DNA of 64,000 nucleotides from an uncultured Bacillota bacterium (GCA_949292985.1 CASFBF010000010.1:164585-228584), one strand, 5' to 3'; shown: positions 39,731 to 50,244, counted from the stretch's first letter. Notes: generated from the sequence alone by a model not told the origin. Numbers and translations are program-made.

Positions 39731-40117
39731 AAATAAAGACGAAGAGACATCTCTTCGTTTTTTTATTATTCATTTGAACCTGCGAACCTCTAAGCGAACA
39801 AAGTGAGCGTGTGGTTCATTTAAGGTTCAAATCCTGCTCCCGCAACCAAAGTGAAAGCGAAGGCACAAGCCTTCGTTTTTTATTTTAATTTGGACCTGCG
39901 AACCTCTAAGCGAACAAAGCGAGCGTGCGGTTCATCTAAGGTTCAAATCCTGCTCCCGCAACCAAAGTGAAAGCGAAGGCACAAGCCTTCGTTTTTTATT
40001 TTAATTTGAACCTGTGGACCTCTAAGTGAACAAAGTGAGCGTGCGGTTCATTTAAGGTTCAAATCCTGCTCCCGCAACCAATGAAAAAAAGCGAAGCGGA
40101 AATACTTCGCTTTTTTT
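39705..40117 (+). repeat. tRNA-linked tandem array: 4 copies of the 26-nt tRNA 3' end separated by terminator + hairpin units
   Basis: AGGTTCAAATCCTGCTCCCGCAACCA at 39705, 39823, 39939 and 40055 (periods 118, 116, 116); each copy is followed by a terminator-like hairpin with a T-run. Confidence 0.95.
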
Positions 40118-40164
40118 ATAATTTAATTTTATATATTTTAACAGCAACAATAACTAAAATTTAT

Positions 40165-40995
40165 TTAATCAATCTTTTTATTTTCTTTCTTTACCCACAA
40201 ATTTACTATAAAATCTAATGTGATGTTTTTTAAATTTAACATAACCAAATTTTGTTCGTTTTTTGCGCCGTTATACCAATAAGGCGTCATCATCAAAAGG
40301 CTGTTCAAATCTTTAATATCTTTTAATTGGATTTTATATGTTAAACGATTGCTTTTCAGTAAATTAAATTCCGAAAAAGCATATTTTTCTGTATTAGGCT
40401 TTGCTTCTTGGTTGTAAATAATTTCTTTTATTTCTTTTAAATGATTTTTACCTGGAACTACTTCTACTATTATTCCATTGTCTTTAAGTATTCTTTTAAA
40501 CTCTTGTTGTGGCTTTGGTGCAAAAATATTGAATATGATATCAACCGACTGTTCTTTAATTGGCATATTGAAAATTGAAGCAACAAAATATGATGACTTT
40601 TCATCGTTTTTTGACGCTTTCTTTATAGCAAATTTTGAAATGTCTATCCCCGCTTTTATGCAATCATTCGCTTCAATGTTTGACAAATAATATCCAGTTC
40701 CGCAACCTGCATCTAACATAATCTTACCAGAAAAATCAACTGTTGAACCAATTTGATTTTTTAATTTTTCAAAATAACCTGATTTTAAAAATTCATCTCT
40801 TGCGTTTATCATTACAGAATCATCACCAGGATTTTTTGTTTTTTTCTGATTTGGCAACAACAAATTAACATATCCTTCTTTGGCAAAATCAAAAAAATGT
40901 CCTGACTGGCATGACAAACCTTTATCTTTTACAAGAAGTTCACTGCCACAATTAGGACATTTTAATATGTTTAAAGCGTTTATTATTTTATTCAT
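40165..40995 (-). CDS. 23S rRNA m1G745/748 methyltransferase (RlmA-like)
   Basis: N-terminal Zn finger CPNC..CQSGHFFDFAKEGYVNLL, LDAGCGTGYY, MMTPYW. Confidence 0.88.
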   Translation of the reverse strand: MNKIINALNILKCPNCGSELLVKDKGLSCQSGHFFDFAKEGYVNLLLPNQKKTKNPGDDSVMINARDEFLKSGYFEKLKNQIGSTVDFSGKIMLDAGCGTGYYLSNIEANDCIKAGIDISKFAIKKASKNDEKSSYFVASIFNMPIKEQSVDIIFNIFAPKPQQEFKRILKDNGIIVEVVPGKNHLKEIKEIIYNQEAKPNTEKYAFSEFNLLKSNRLTYKIQLKDIKDLNSLLMMTPYWYNGAKNEQNLVMLNLKNITLDFIVNLWVKKENKKID

Positions 40996-41014
40996 TCAAA
41001 ATTCTTTTCTTAAA

Positions 41015-42982
41015 TTAGTTTTGCTCTGCAAGTTGAGATGGGTGTTTTTTGAAAAAGTCTTCTTTCTCTTGCAAAGTTTTAATCTGCCCAGATGTTTTAA
41101 AGAAAGTGAAATCTTCAAAGATGTAATCCCAACTAAATGAGCGCTCATCAAAGCCCAAATATTCCCTAACTTTTTCAGTTCCAACAGGTGCAAGCGGATG
41201 CAACAAAATGTTTGCCACTCTGATTAGTTCCACCGTGTCAACTGTAAGTTGCTTCAAACCTTCTTCGTCGCAAGAATTTACTTTTGCAACCCAATTTTTG
41301 TTTATATTTCTAACAAAAACATCTACGCAATTTATTACCTGATGGAATTTTTTGTCATACATAAAGCGTTCGTAATCTAAAATCGCTTTTTTGCAAGTTT
41401 CTTTTATTTCAGGCGAAATTGATTTTTCAGGAATGCTTCCGCCAAAGTATTTTTGTGTTGAATAGAAAACTGTTCTTAGTACTCGGTTATAGACATTGGT
41501 AAGTAAATTACCTTCTTTTAAAACTGGGTCAAGTTCCTCAGGTTTAGCATCCGGGTTAAATGGTTTTGGCATAAAATTAACATTATTATTGGTAAGGTTC
41601 ATGCCTAAGAAATGCATTCTAAGTTGCTCTGGCGTGTAATAGTTTAAAAATTCTTTTGCCATTGGTGGTTTAATTGCACCAGAAGAAGAAGCCTTTTTAT
41701 TTAAGAACAAAAGGTGTTTAATTGGCACAAGATTTGTAAGTTGAAAATCTCCATCTTTTGGTGGAAACTTTGCATTTTTGCCCTGCATATGCAACCATAT
41801 GCCCTGTTGTGCAGGACCATAGAATGATATGTTGTCTTCCCCTAGCACTTGATAAACCTGTGCATCAGCGCTTTTCCAATACTTTTTCCATTCGTCCTCG
41901 CCCTTGCCTTGACTTATCAAATATGCCTTTGTAAGCGAAATTGGTGCCCACAAACTTTCTGGCCAACAATAAAAAGTTTGACCTTTTAAGCCATCTATCT
42001 CTCTGCAAGGCACGCCCCACTCGGTGTTGCCTGTAAGCCTGAACGGAACAAGAGTTTTACCATTTCTGTAATGAATGTAATTTTCAGCAAGAATTTTACA
42101 TGCCTGCTCCCTGTCGCTGAGTTTATCAAATATTAAAGTAACGCTTGGTGCATTTTTATCAACAAATTCATGACTAGGCAAAGAAAGCGTTTTAAGTTTT
42201 GGCACATATTCTTTTTTCACATATATTTCTGGCTTTTTAAGAAATTCTTTAATTTCTTTCACCATAAAGTTTGCAGTATCGCTTCTTCTTTCAATACTAT
42301 CTATCCACTGTCTAACTTCATCTGTGCATTTATCCAAATCAAAAAACCAATTTTCAACTTCAATAAGTTTTGGTGTTTCACCAGAAAGTGCACTTACAGG
42401 ATTTATCAAATCCATAGGCAAATATTGATGCCCTAAATCACATTCATCAGCATAGCCTTTTTCGCTTTGACAACCTTCTATCGGGCATTTGCCAATCACT
42501 TGTCTGCCGTTTAACAATACGCCCAACTTTTCATCGTAAAACTGCAAAGATTTGTGTTTTGAAACAAGTCCGGTTTCGTAAAGTGTTGTGAAAAAATAAT
42601 CACTCATTTTTTCATGTTGGGTTTTCATTGGTTCAATAGCAGAGCCACCGAAAAAATTGTGCTGAATTTCAAAATCTTCAAAAGTCTTTTTTTGGTCAAG
42701 ATAATTGGAATAAACAAAATCTTCGACCGACTGATTTGTAAGTTTGCCTTCTTCCTTTAACTTTCTGTAAGTTTCTGTGATTGTTGAACCATAACAATCT
42801 GTTCCCGAAACAAAAACAACATTTTCACTGCCAATTCTATCACGCAAAAAACGCGCAAGCGTATCCGCTCTAAGCATCATGGCAACATGCCCAAAATGCA
42901 AATGCTTGTTACCGTATGGCATTCCGCCTGTAACTACGGCGCGCTTTGGAAATACTGGTCTTGGTCTTACGAAATCTGGCAT
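41015..42982 (-). CDS. metG: Methionine--tRNA ligase, divergent type
   Basis: GMPYGNKHLHFGH, SGTDCYG, Zn knuckle CPIEGC..DECDLGH, GEDNISFY, KASSS; ATG 42982 with AAGGAG RBS. Confidence 0.88.
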   Translation of the reverse strand: MPDFVRPRPVFPKRAVVTGGMPYGNKHLHFGHVAMMLRADTLARFLRDRIGSENVVFVSGTDCYGSTITETYRKLKEEGKLTNQSVEDFVYSNYLDQKKTFEDFEIQHNFFGGSAIEPMKTQHEKMSDYFFTTLYETGLVSKHKSLQFYDEKLGVLLNGRQVIGKCPIEGCQSEKGYADECDLGHQYLPMDLINPVSALSGETPKLIEVENWFFDLDKCTDEVRQWIDSIERRSDTANFMVKEIKEFLKKPEIYVKKEYVPKLKTLSLPSHEFVDKNAPSVTLIFDKLSDREQACKILAENYIHYRNGKTLVPFRLTGNTEWGVPCREIDGLKGQTFYCWPESLWAPISLTKAYLISQGKGEDEWKKYWKSADAQVYQVLGEDNISFYGPAQQGIWLHMQGKNAKFPPKDGDFQLTNLVPIKHLLFLNKKASSSGAIKPPMAKEFLNYYTPEQLRMHFLGMNLTNNNVNFMPKPFNPDAKPEELDPVLKEGNLLTNVYNRVLRTVFYSTQKYFGGSIPEKSISPEIKETCKKAILDYERFMYDKKFHQVINCVDVFVRNINKNWVAKVNSCDEEGLKQLTVDTVELIRVANILLHPLAPVGTEKVREYLGFDERSFSWDYIFEDFTFFKTSGQIKTLQEKEDFFKKHPSQLAEQN

Positions 42983-43068
42983 AAAAAACTCCTTATTTTG
43001 TGTTAAGTTTACATTCAATATTTTAAAAAGTCAATTAAATATGATAAAAAGAAGGCTTTTGCCCTCTT

Positions 43069-45567
43069 TTATTCTTCAATTTCTTGTTCTTGTTCTACGG
43101 ACGCATTTTCTTCCGCTACCTCTTCTTTATCAGCAAGCGCCACACTAACAATCTTTGCGCCATCTTTAAGCCTCATAACTTTTACGCCTTGGCTTACACG
43201 AGAGAACATGCTGATTGCGTCAACCGGAGTTCTTATAATCACACCGCTGTCTGCGATCATCAAAATATCTTCATCTCCACTAATTTGTTTAAGCGCAACA
43301 AGTTTGCCAGTTTTTTCGTTAAACACACCTGCTTTAACGCCCATACCACCTCTGCCTTGCAAACGATATTCATCTACGCTGGAACGCTTACCATAACCGT
43401 TTTCAGAAATTGTTACAATTTGCGAACCTTGTTTAACTATAGTCATGTCGATAATTTCATCTTCGTCACTCATAGTCATTGATTTTACGCCCTGTGAACC
43501 TCTGCCGGTTTTTCTAACATCTTTTTCTGAGAAGCGTATGCATTTGCCTTCATGCGACGCAATCAAAATTTCATCTTCGCCTGTTGACATTTGTGTTTCA
43601 ATAAGTTCATCGCCTTCAAGCAATGAAATTGCAATTTTACCGTTTTTGTTGATGCGCTCAAACTCACTTAAATCGGTTTTTTTGATTAGACCGCGTTTTG
43701 TCGCCATGATTAAATTGCCTTTGGCATTCTCGCCACGAGGAATTATTGTTGTCACTTTTTCATCGGCATCAAGCGCAATCAAATTAACAACACTTCTGCC
43801 TTTTGCAGTGCGCTGAGCCTCTGGAACTTCATATGCTTTAATTGCATAAACTTTGCCTTTGGTTGTAAAGAACAAAAGGTCGTCATGAGAAGATGTAATA
43901 AACATCTTATCAACATAATCTTCATCTTTGGTTTTGTGTGCTGTAATTCCCACACCACCACGCTTTTGTGAGTGGTATTCGCTTGTGCTCATTCTCTTAA
44001 CATACCCTAAATGAGTCATTGAAATTACAACATCTTCTTTTTCTATCAAATCAGCGATTTCTATCCCGCCCATATCCATGCTTATTTCGGTTTTTCTTGG
44101 CTCGCCAAACTCTGATTTAATTTCATCCAAGTTATCACGAATAATTTTCTTAACTCTTTCAGGATTAGCAAGGATATCTTCAAGGTCGGCAATTCTCGCT
44201 TCCAACTCTTTAAGTTCTTCATTAAGTTTTTCAACTTCCAAACTTGTCAGTCTTGAAAGTTTCATTTCCAAAATTGCATTTGCTTGAATTTCATCAAGTT
44301 CAAAATTTTGGATAAGTTTAGCCATTGCGTCCTGTTTATCATCAGAAGATTTGATGATTTGAATTACTTCATCAATATTTGCAAGTGCAATAACCAACCC
44401 TTTAACGATATGCTCACGCTCTTTTGCTTTGCCAAGGTCAAATCTGGTTTTTCTTTCCAAAACATCAATTTGGTGAGCAAGATAGCATTCAAGCACTTGT
44501 TTAAGGTTTAAAATTTTAGGCACTCCGTCAACAAGCGCAAGCATAATTATACCCGCACCCTGTTGAAGTTGTGAGTGTTTGTAAAGCAAGTTAAGCACAA
44601 CTTGTGCGTTTGCATCTTTTTTAATATCAATAACAATTCTCATGCCTTGGCGGTCAGATTCTTCTTTGATATCTGAAATGCCTTCAATTCTTTTATTTTT
44701 TACAAGGTCAGCCACCTGCATGATAAACTTTGCTTTATTAACTTGATATGGCAGTTCGGTTATAACAATTCTTTGTCTGTTGTTTGAAGTTTCTTCAATC
44801 TCAGCCTTTCCTCTTAAAACAATCCCGCCACGGCCTGTCCTGTATGCGTGTTTGATTGCGGTTCTGCCCATTATTATTCCGCCCGTTGGATAATCTGGCG
44901 CTGGAATAATTTTGATAAGATCGTCAATATCAATGTCTGGATTATCAATAATCGCCTGCACGCCGTTTATAACTTCGGTAAGGTTGTGTGGTGGAATGTT
45001 TGTGGCCATACCAACTGCAATTCCGTCAGACCCATTCACCAAAAGGTTTGGAAATTTTGCAGGAAGCACTGTTGGTTGCATTAAGGTTTCATCAAAGTTT
45101 GGATAAAAAGCAACAGTTTCTTTGTCTATATCTTCAAGCATCAATGACGCAATTTTTGAAAGTCTTGCCTCTGTGTAACGCATAGCCGCAGGTGGATCAC
45201 CGTCCACAGAGCCAAAGTTTCCGTGGCCATCAATAAGCGGACATCTTATTGAGAAATCTTGCGCAAGACGAACCATTGCATCATATACAGAACTATCTCC
45301 ATGAGGGTGATATTTACCCATAACTTCACCGACAATTCTGGCGCATTTTTTGAATGGCTTGTCATAAAAGTTTCCAAGTTCGCCCATCGCATATAAAATT
45401 CTACGGTGAACAGGTTTAAGTCCGTCTCTGACATCAGGTATGGCACGAGAAACGTTAACTGCCATAGCATAAGATATGAACGACTTTTTCAATTCGCCCA
45501 CAGCATCGACTTTTTCAATTTTTGTGTTTTGCAAAAGTTCTTCCAAACTTTTCTTTTCTTCTTTCAT
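43069..45567 (-). CDS. gyrA: DNA gyrase subunit A
   Basis: [32 protein letters not shown], GyrA-box QKRGGVG. Confidence 0.98.
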   Translation of the reverse strand: MKEEKKSLEELLQNTKIEKVDAVGELKKSFISYAMAVNVSRAIPDVRDGLKPVHRRILYAMGELGNFYDKPFKKCARIVGEVMGKYHPHGDSSVYDAMVRLAQDFSIRCPLIDGHGNFGSVDGDPPAAMRYTEARLSKIASLMLEDIDKETVAFYPNFDETLMQPTVLPAKFPNLLVNGSDGIAVGMATNIPPHNLTEVINGVQAIIDNPDIDIDDLIKIIPAPDYPTGGIIMGRTAIKHAYRTGRGGIVLRGKAEIEETSNNRQRIVITELPYQVNKAKFIMQVADLVKNKRIEGISDIKEESDRQGMRIVIDIKKDANAQVVLNLLYKHSQLQQGAGIIMLALVDGVPKILNLKQVLECYLAHQIDVLERKTRFDLGKAKEREHIVKGLVIALANIDEVIQIIKSSDDKQDAMAKLIQNFELDEIQANAILEMKLSRLTSLEVEKLNEELKELEARIADLEDILANPERVKKIIRDNLDEIKSEFGEPRKTEISMDMGGIEIADLIEKEDVVISMTHLGYVKRMSTSEYHSQKRGGVGITAHKTKDEDYVDKMFITSSHDDLLFFTTKGKVYAIKAYEVPEAQRTAKGRSVVNLIALDADEKVTTIIPRGENAKGNLIMATKRGLIKKTDLSEFERINKNGKIAISLLEGDELIETQMSTGEDEILIASHEGKCIRFSEKDVRKTGRGSQGVKSMTMSDEDEIIDMTIVKQGSQIVTISENGYGKRSSVDEYRLQGRGGMGVKAGVFNEKTGKLVALKQISGDEDILMIADSGVIIRTPVDAISMFSRVSQGVKVMRLKDGAKIVSVALADKEEVAEENASVEQEQEIEE

Positions 45568-45589
45568 TTTATTTTCCCTTTATTTGATT

Positions 45590-47542
45590 TTACACATCTA
45601 AATCAGTTACAAGTGTTGCATTTTCTTCAATAAAACTTCTTCTAAGTTCTGGGTCTTCACCCATAAGTTGATTGAAAAGTTTATCTGCTTCAATTGCGTC
45701 TTCCATTGTAATTTGAATAAGCGTTCTTTTCTCAGGGTTCATAGTGGTTTCCCAAAGTTGCTCAGCGTTCATCTCGCCAAGACCTTTATATCTTTGAATT
45801 GTAACGCCTTTTCTGCCGTTTGTTTCAAGTTCTTCATTCAATTCTGCGTCTGAATAGAAGTATTTTTCATCTTTCCCCCTTGCCACTTTGTAAAGAGGTG
45901 GTTTTGCAGAATAAACATACCCATTTTCAATAAGTGGTTTCATGTATCGGAAGAAGAATGTTAAAAGCAAAATTCTAATGTGCGCACCGTCTACATCGGC
46001 ATCGGTCATGGAAATTATTTTGTGATAACGAAGTTTGCTTGCATCAAATTCGCTTCCAATTCCTGCACCAAAAGCAGTAACCATGTTTTTTATTTCGTTG
46101 TTTTCTAAAATTTTGTGAAGCCTTGCTTTTTCAACATTTAGAATTTTACCTCTAAGAGGAAGTATCGCCTGAAAACGCCTGTCTCTGCCTTGCTTAGCAG
46201 TTCCACCAGCCGAATCTCCTTCGACAAGGTAAATTTCACAATGTTCAGCATTTTTCTCAGTGCAGTCTGCAAGTTTACCAGGAAGTGTGGTGTTTTCTAG
46301 CACGCTTTTTCTTCTTGTAAGTTCCCTGGCATTTCTAGCTGCATCTCTTGCGCGTTGAGCATTAACCGATTTCATGATCAAATTTTTTGCTTCAACTGGG
46401 TGCTCTTCTAAATAATCCCCAAAATTATCAACCATGGCTTTATAAACGATTGTTCTCATTTCACTGTTGCCAAGTTTGGTTTTGGTTTGTCCTTCAAACT
46501 GTGGATTTCTAAGTTTAACACTGATAACAGCGGTTATTCCTTCTCGGCAATCTTCACCTGAAAGTTTTTCGTTTTCTTTAATTATTTTATTTTTCACCGC
46601 ATAATCGTTAATAACTTTTGTAAGGCCGTTTTTAAAACCTTCTAAATGTGAACCGCCTTCTTCGGTGTTAATATTGTTTGCATATGCGTTTATAATTTCG
46701 TTGTAGCCATCATTAAACTGAAAGCAAACTTCAATTTCGTTTTCAATTTCTCCATTTTCGTTACGATTGAATTTATTAAAGTAAACTGGGCTTCCAAGCA
46801 ATGTTTCTCTGTTTTTATTTAAGAAATCTACAAACTCAACAATTCCGCCTTTAAATTCAAAAACCTCTTTTCTTTCTTTGCCCGGTCTTTTATCTTCAAG
46901 AGATATAACAAGCCCTTTGTTAAGAAAAGCAATTTCTCTAAAACGATTTTTCATTGTGTCGTAATTAAATATTGTGGTTTCAAAAATTTCATCGTCTGGC
47001 CAAAATGTTACTGTTGTTCCACGCTTATCTGTTTTACCAACTATCTTTAACGGAGTTACTGTTTTACCTCTTGAAAATTCAATAACATGGTAAAGCCCGT
47101 TTTGATAGACTTCCGCCACAAGTTTTGAAGATAAGGCGTTTACGCAAGACACACCCACACCATGCAAACCACCAGAAATTTTGTAGCCTTCGCCACCAAA
47201 TTTTCCGCCGGCATGAAGTTTTGTAAGAACAACTTCAACTGCACTTTTGCCTTCTTTTTCAATAATGCCTGTTGGAATACCACGACCATTATCGGCAACC
47301 GAACAAGAGCCATCTTCATTGATGGTAACTTCGATTTTTGTGCAATATCCTGCAAGCGCTTCATCAATAGAGTTATCCACTACTTCGGTTACTAAATGGT
47401 GCAGTCCATGCTCGTCAGTTGAGCCAATATACATGCCCGGTCTTTTACGAACAGGTTCCAGCCCTTCTAAAACTTGAATATCACTAGCATCATATTTATT
47501 TGATTTTGAAAGTTCTTGTTCTTCAACTGTAAAGTCTTCCAT
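45590..47542 (-). CDS. gyrB: DNA gyrase subunit B
   Basis: EVVDNSIDE, GGLHGVGVS, VEGDSAGG, MTDADVDG, QRYKGLGEMN. Confidence 0.98.
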   Translation of the reverse strand: MEDFTVEEQELSKSNKYDASDIQVLEGLEPVRKRPGMYIGSTDEHGLHHLVTEVVDNSIDEALAGYCTKIEVTINEDGSCSVADNGRGIPTGIIEKEGKSAVEVVLTKLHAGGKFGGEGYKISGGLHGVGVSCVNALSSKLVAEVYQNGLYHVIEFSRGKTVTPLKIVGKTDKRGTTVTFWPDDEIFETTIFNYDTMKNRFREIAFLNKGLVISLEDKRPGKERKEVFEFKGGIVEFVDFLNKNRETLLGSPVYFNKFNRNENGEIENEIEVCFQFNDGYNEIINAYANNINTEEGGSHLEGFKNGLTKVINDYAVKNKIIKENEKLSGEDCREGITAVISVKLRNPQFEGQTKTKLGNSEMRTIVYKAMVDNFGDYLEEHPVEAKNLIMKSVNAQRARDAARNARELTRRKSVLENTTLPGKLADCTEKNAEHCEIYLVEGDSAGGTAKQGRDRRFQAILPLRGKILNVEKARLHKILENNEIKNMVTAFGAGIGSEFDASKLRYHKIISMTDADVDGAHIRILLLTFFFRYMKPLIENGYVYSAKPPLYKVARGKDEKYFYSDAELNEELETNGRKGVTIQRYKGLGEMNAEQLWETTMNPEKRTLIQITMEDAIEADKLFNQLMGEDPELRRSFIEENATLVTDLDV

Positions 47543-47693
47543 CAGTCACCCCTTAACTGTTTATTGACAAAATGTCCCTTATATATAAATATATTATATA
47601 ATATTATATATAAAAAAACAAGCGATTTAGCAAGATTTATGCTAAATCGAGGGTTTTATCATAGAAACTGTAATATGCGCTTTTTTACCCCTT

Positions 47694-48386
47694 CTAACGC
47701 GCCAAAACAAGCCCTTGCGTTCTCCAACAGAAAATTTTGTAATGCAAAACAGGAAGATAGAAGCCCAAAGTAACTATACTCAGAAAAACATCTTTCCACC
47801 AAAAACCATATAAAGTTTTTTCGCTTTCTATGAAACTTAAATTTTGTCCGCTTATTTTTAAACACTTTGCATAGTATTTCATTTTTATGTTATGTGCCGT
47901 TGGCGAAGCCAGTTTAAGAGAAAAACATGTTATTAGCCATGCCAAAAAATAAACTTTCATGCTATCAAAAATTTTACTTTTCACAATAGTTGGTACCAAT
48001 GATTCAGCAAAAGTCACTTGTCTTTTTGCCCACATTCTGTAAATGCTTTGTAATAAATTTGCGTTTAAATATAAAACTATCGCATTTACCACCCAGAATA
48101 CTACATCGTGGGGCAAAAACAAATCTAAAATATACAAAATATAGTTAGAAACAGCAAAAAATACAGCCAAAATGCAAAGCCAAATTAAAAACAACCCGTA
48201 AGCATGCCATAACTTGCCTTTAAAAATTAGACTTTTCCCAGAAATTTGTGAATTTTCGGTTCTCCACTTTTCAAAATTATAAACACTAAGCGGTGTTAAA
48301 ATGCTGAGCGAGACAATAGACACCAGCCATTTTGACAATTCCAAAATATAATAATCTCTTTTGCTACCCCAAAATACAGATTGCAT
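47694..48386 (-). CDS. DUF898/YjgN-like membrane protein
   Basis: Repeated W..LSIVTLG(F)Y.P...W...ISG..L.F units; AGGGG RBS. Confidence 0.65.
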   Translation of the reverse strand: MQSVFWGSKRDYYILELSKWLVSIVSLSILTPLSVYNFEKWRTENSQISGKSLIFKGKLWHAYGLFLIWLCILAVFFAVSNYILYILDLFLPHDVVFWVVNAIVLYLNANLLQSIYRMWAKRQVTFAESLVPTIVKSKIFDSMKVYFLAWLITCFSLKLASPTAHNIKMKYYAKCLKISGQNLSFIESEKTLYGFWWKDVFLSIVTLGFYLPVLHYKIFCWRTQGLVLAR

Positions 48387-48403
48387 TTTATCCCCTGTTT
48401 TAC

Positions 48404-48973
48404 TTATCTTGCATGTTTTTCATCAACAAAACTAAAATTTTCGTTTTTTAATTTTACAAAATATGTTTTGTTTTCAATGATTAAATCACCCTTATAGAAA
48501 ATTTTCGCATGGCGCTTTACATCACAGCCAACTTCAATATAGATTATATCGTAAAAACTATATCCCAATAAATTTAAAAAGGGATTGATGTAATAAAGAG
48601 AATTATGAATATAGACAACACCAATCATTATCAATATTACGATGTACACACAGTAAACGCTAACATACGACAAGTCTAAAGGTATAGCAAAGAACACAAA
48701 TAAAGAAAAGTAGCCTAAAAAGTGCTGGTCTGTTATGTTATGTTTGGTTAGTATTCGAACTTCTTTGGATTTTTCTTTATTAAATTTAATATTCCACACA
48801 AGCCCACCAACACCTGCTAAAATTAGCAACAAAAGCGTTATTAAATTTATAGTATTTAAAACATTGAATGACAAATTTTGATTGATAAGTTCAACCAAAA
48901 GTTTGATAAGCACTAATAAATACATTGGTATAAAAGCCGAAATGTATAGAAGAAGATTTTTAAAAAATTTCAT
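48404..48973 (-). CDS. Four-TM membrane protein resembling Kiwa KwaA
   Basis: Start re-assigned to ATG 48973 because the longer ORF overlaps the divergent gene. LYISAFIPMYLL...YINPFLNLLGYSFY pattern; family call is from memory. Confidence 0.6.
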   Translation of the reverse strand: MKFFKNLLLYISAFIPMYLLVLIKLLVELINQNLSFNVLNTINLITLLLLILAGVGGLVWNIKFNKEKSKEVRILTKHNITDQHFLGYFSLFVFFAIPLDLSYVSVYCVYIVILIMIGVVYIHNSLYYINPFLNLLGYSFYDIIYIEVGCDVKRHAKIFYKGDLIIENKTYFVKLKNENFSFVDEKHAR

Positions 48974-49071
48974 AAACATAGTATGCCTAAAAGGAAAATA
49001 TTTATTAAAGCCTAATATAGCATTTGTTTTAATTTTTTTTTGTTGTATAATGTATGGATATTGGAGGGCAT

Positions 49072-50187
49072 ATGCAAAAAGTTTATCTTTTAATCGGGAT
49101 TCCAAGATGCGGAAAATCAACATTCGCAAAATCTTTAAATGATGCAGTTTTAGTAAGTGTAGACGATATAAGACAAAAAATGAGCGATGACGGAATAATT
49201 GGAAAAGAGTATTCAAGCGATGATAATAAAATCGTTTTTACAGAATTTCACAAAAAAATTTTTTTACATGTGAAAAATGGCGAAAATGTTATCGTTGATG
49301 CAACAAACGCAAGGCTTTGCGAGCGCGAAGAAATTTACACTTTGCTTGCACAATTTAAACCAAAATTTATCGGAGTCTTTTTTGAAATAAATAAACAAGA
49401 AAGTATGGATAGAATAGCAAAATTACAACAAAAAGGAAAAACTTGCGTACACTATTTTAATAATCCTAGTGAAGCATTAAACACTTACATAGACAGATTA
49501 AAAAATAATATGCCAACTTTAAACGAGCCTCTCTCAGAAATTATTTTTTACAAAGAAGGCAAAATTGAAAGAATGCAACAAAAAATACTAATTGCATCAA
49601 AAAATACTGGCAAAATAGCGATTTATCGTGATGTATGTGAAAATTTAGGTTTAAAAACCACTGATTTATGCCAAATAAAAGTTGATAAAGAAGTTGAAGA
49701 AAACGGAGCAAGCGAAACAGAAAACGCGATTATAAAAGCAAAAACATATCATGAGATTACAGGCTTGCCAGTGATTGCAAATGACAGCGGACTTATAATT
49801 GACAAACTTGCGCCAGAAGAACAACCCGGCATGTTTGTAAGAAGATATACAGGGAAAGAACTTTCTGACGAAGAAATGATTAAAATTTTTATCCAAAAAT
49901 TAAATTTGGTTGGTGGAGAAAGTGATGGCCATTACAATGTGGCTCTTGCGCTAATAGATTATGACGGTAAACTACATTGCAAAAATTTTACTCCTAAAAG
50001 ACATTTTATAAATAAACCAAGTAAAATCGTAATTAAAGACCAGCCCCTTAATTCTATTGAAATAGACAAAACGACAGGAAAATATTTCAGTGAAATGACC
50101 GTTCATGAAAAAAATTTAAGCGAACGCGAAGAAATGCAAAAACAACAAGAATTTATAAAACAAGTTTTTTTAAAAAGCAACACATAG
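49072..50187 (+). CDS. Fusion of a P-loop (AAA_33/PNK-like) kinase and a Ham1/ITPase-like NTP pyrophosphatase
   Basis: N-term GIPRCGKST, SVDDIR, IVDATN; C-term ASKNTGK, ENAIIKA, IANDSGL, PGMFVRR. ATG 49072 after GGAGGG. Confidence 0.85.
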   Translation: MQKVYLLIGIPRCGKSTFAKSLNDAVLVSVDDIRQKMSDDGIIGKEYSSDDNKIVFTEFHKKIFLHVKNGENVIVDATNARLCEREEIYTLLAQFKPKFIGVFFEINKQESMDRIAKLQQKGKTCVHYFNNPSEALNTYIDRLKNNMPTLNEPLSEIIFYKEGKIERMQQKILIASKNTGKIAIYRDVCENLGLKTTDLCQIKVDKEVEENGASETENAIIKAKTYHEITGLPVIANDSGLIIDKLAPEEQPGMFVRRYTGKELSDEEMIKIFIQKLNLVGGESDGHYNVALALIDYDGKLHCKNFTPKRHFINKPSKIVIKDQPLNSIEIDKTTGKYFSEMTVHEKNLSEREEMQKQQEFIKQVFLKSNT

Positions 50188-50244
50188 GTTGCTTTTTTGT
50201 TGAAAAAAATATTTGTATTTGATAATATATATTTAGAGGAAAAA

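Noticed and set aside
39772-40080. Three additional tRNA-Met genes
   Set aside because: The units have only part of the T-arm and the 3' acceptor strand; no D-arm or anticodon arm.
39705-40117. CRISPR array
   Set aside because: The 26-nt repeat is the tRNA 3' end, the ~90-nt intervening segments are near-identical rather than unique spacers, and no cas genes are present.
42983-43068. T-box or SAM riboswitch upstream of metG (also checked for argS and hisS)
   Set aside because: Leaders are too short or overlap the upstream gene, and no T-box consensus is visible.
48974-49216. N-terminal 81 aa of ORF 48404..49216
   Set aside because: Overlaps the divergent kinase-Ham1 gene and both promoters; the membrane protein plausibly starts at ATG 48973.
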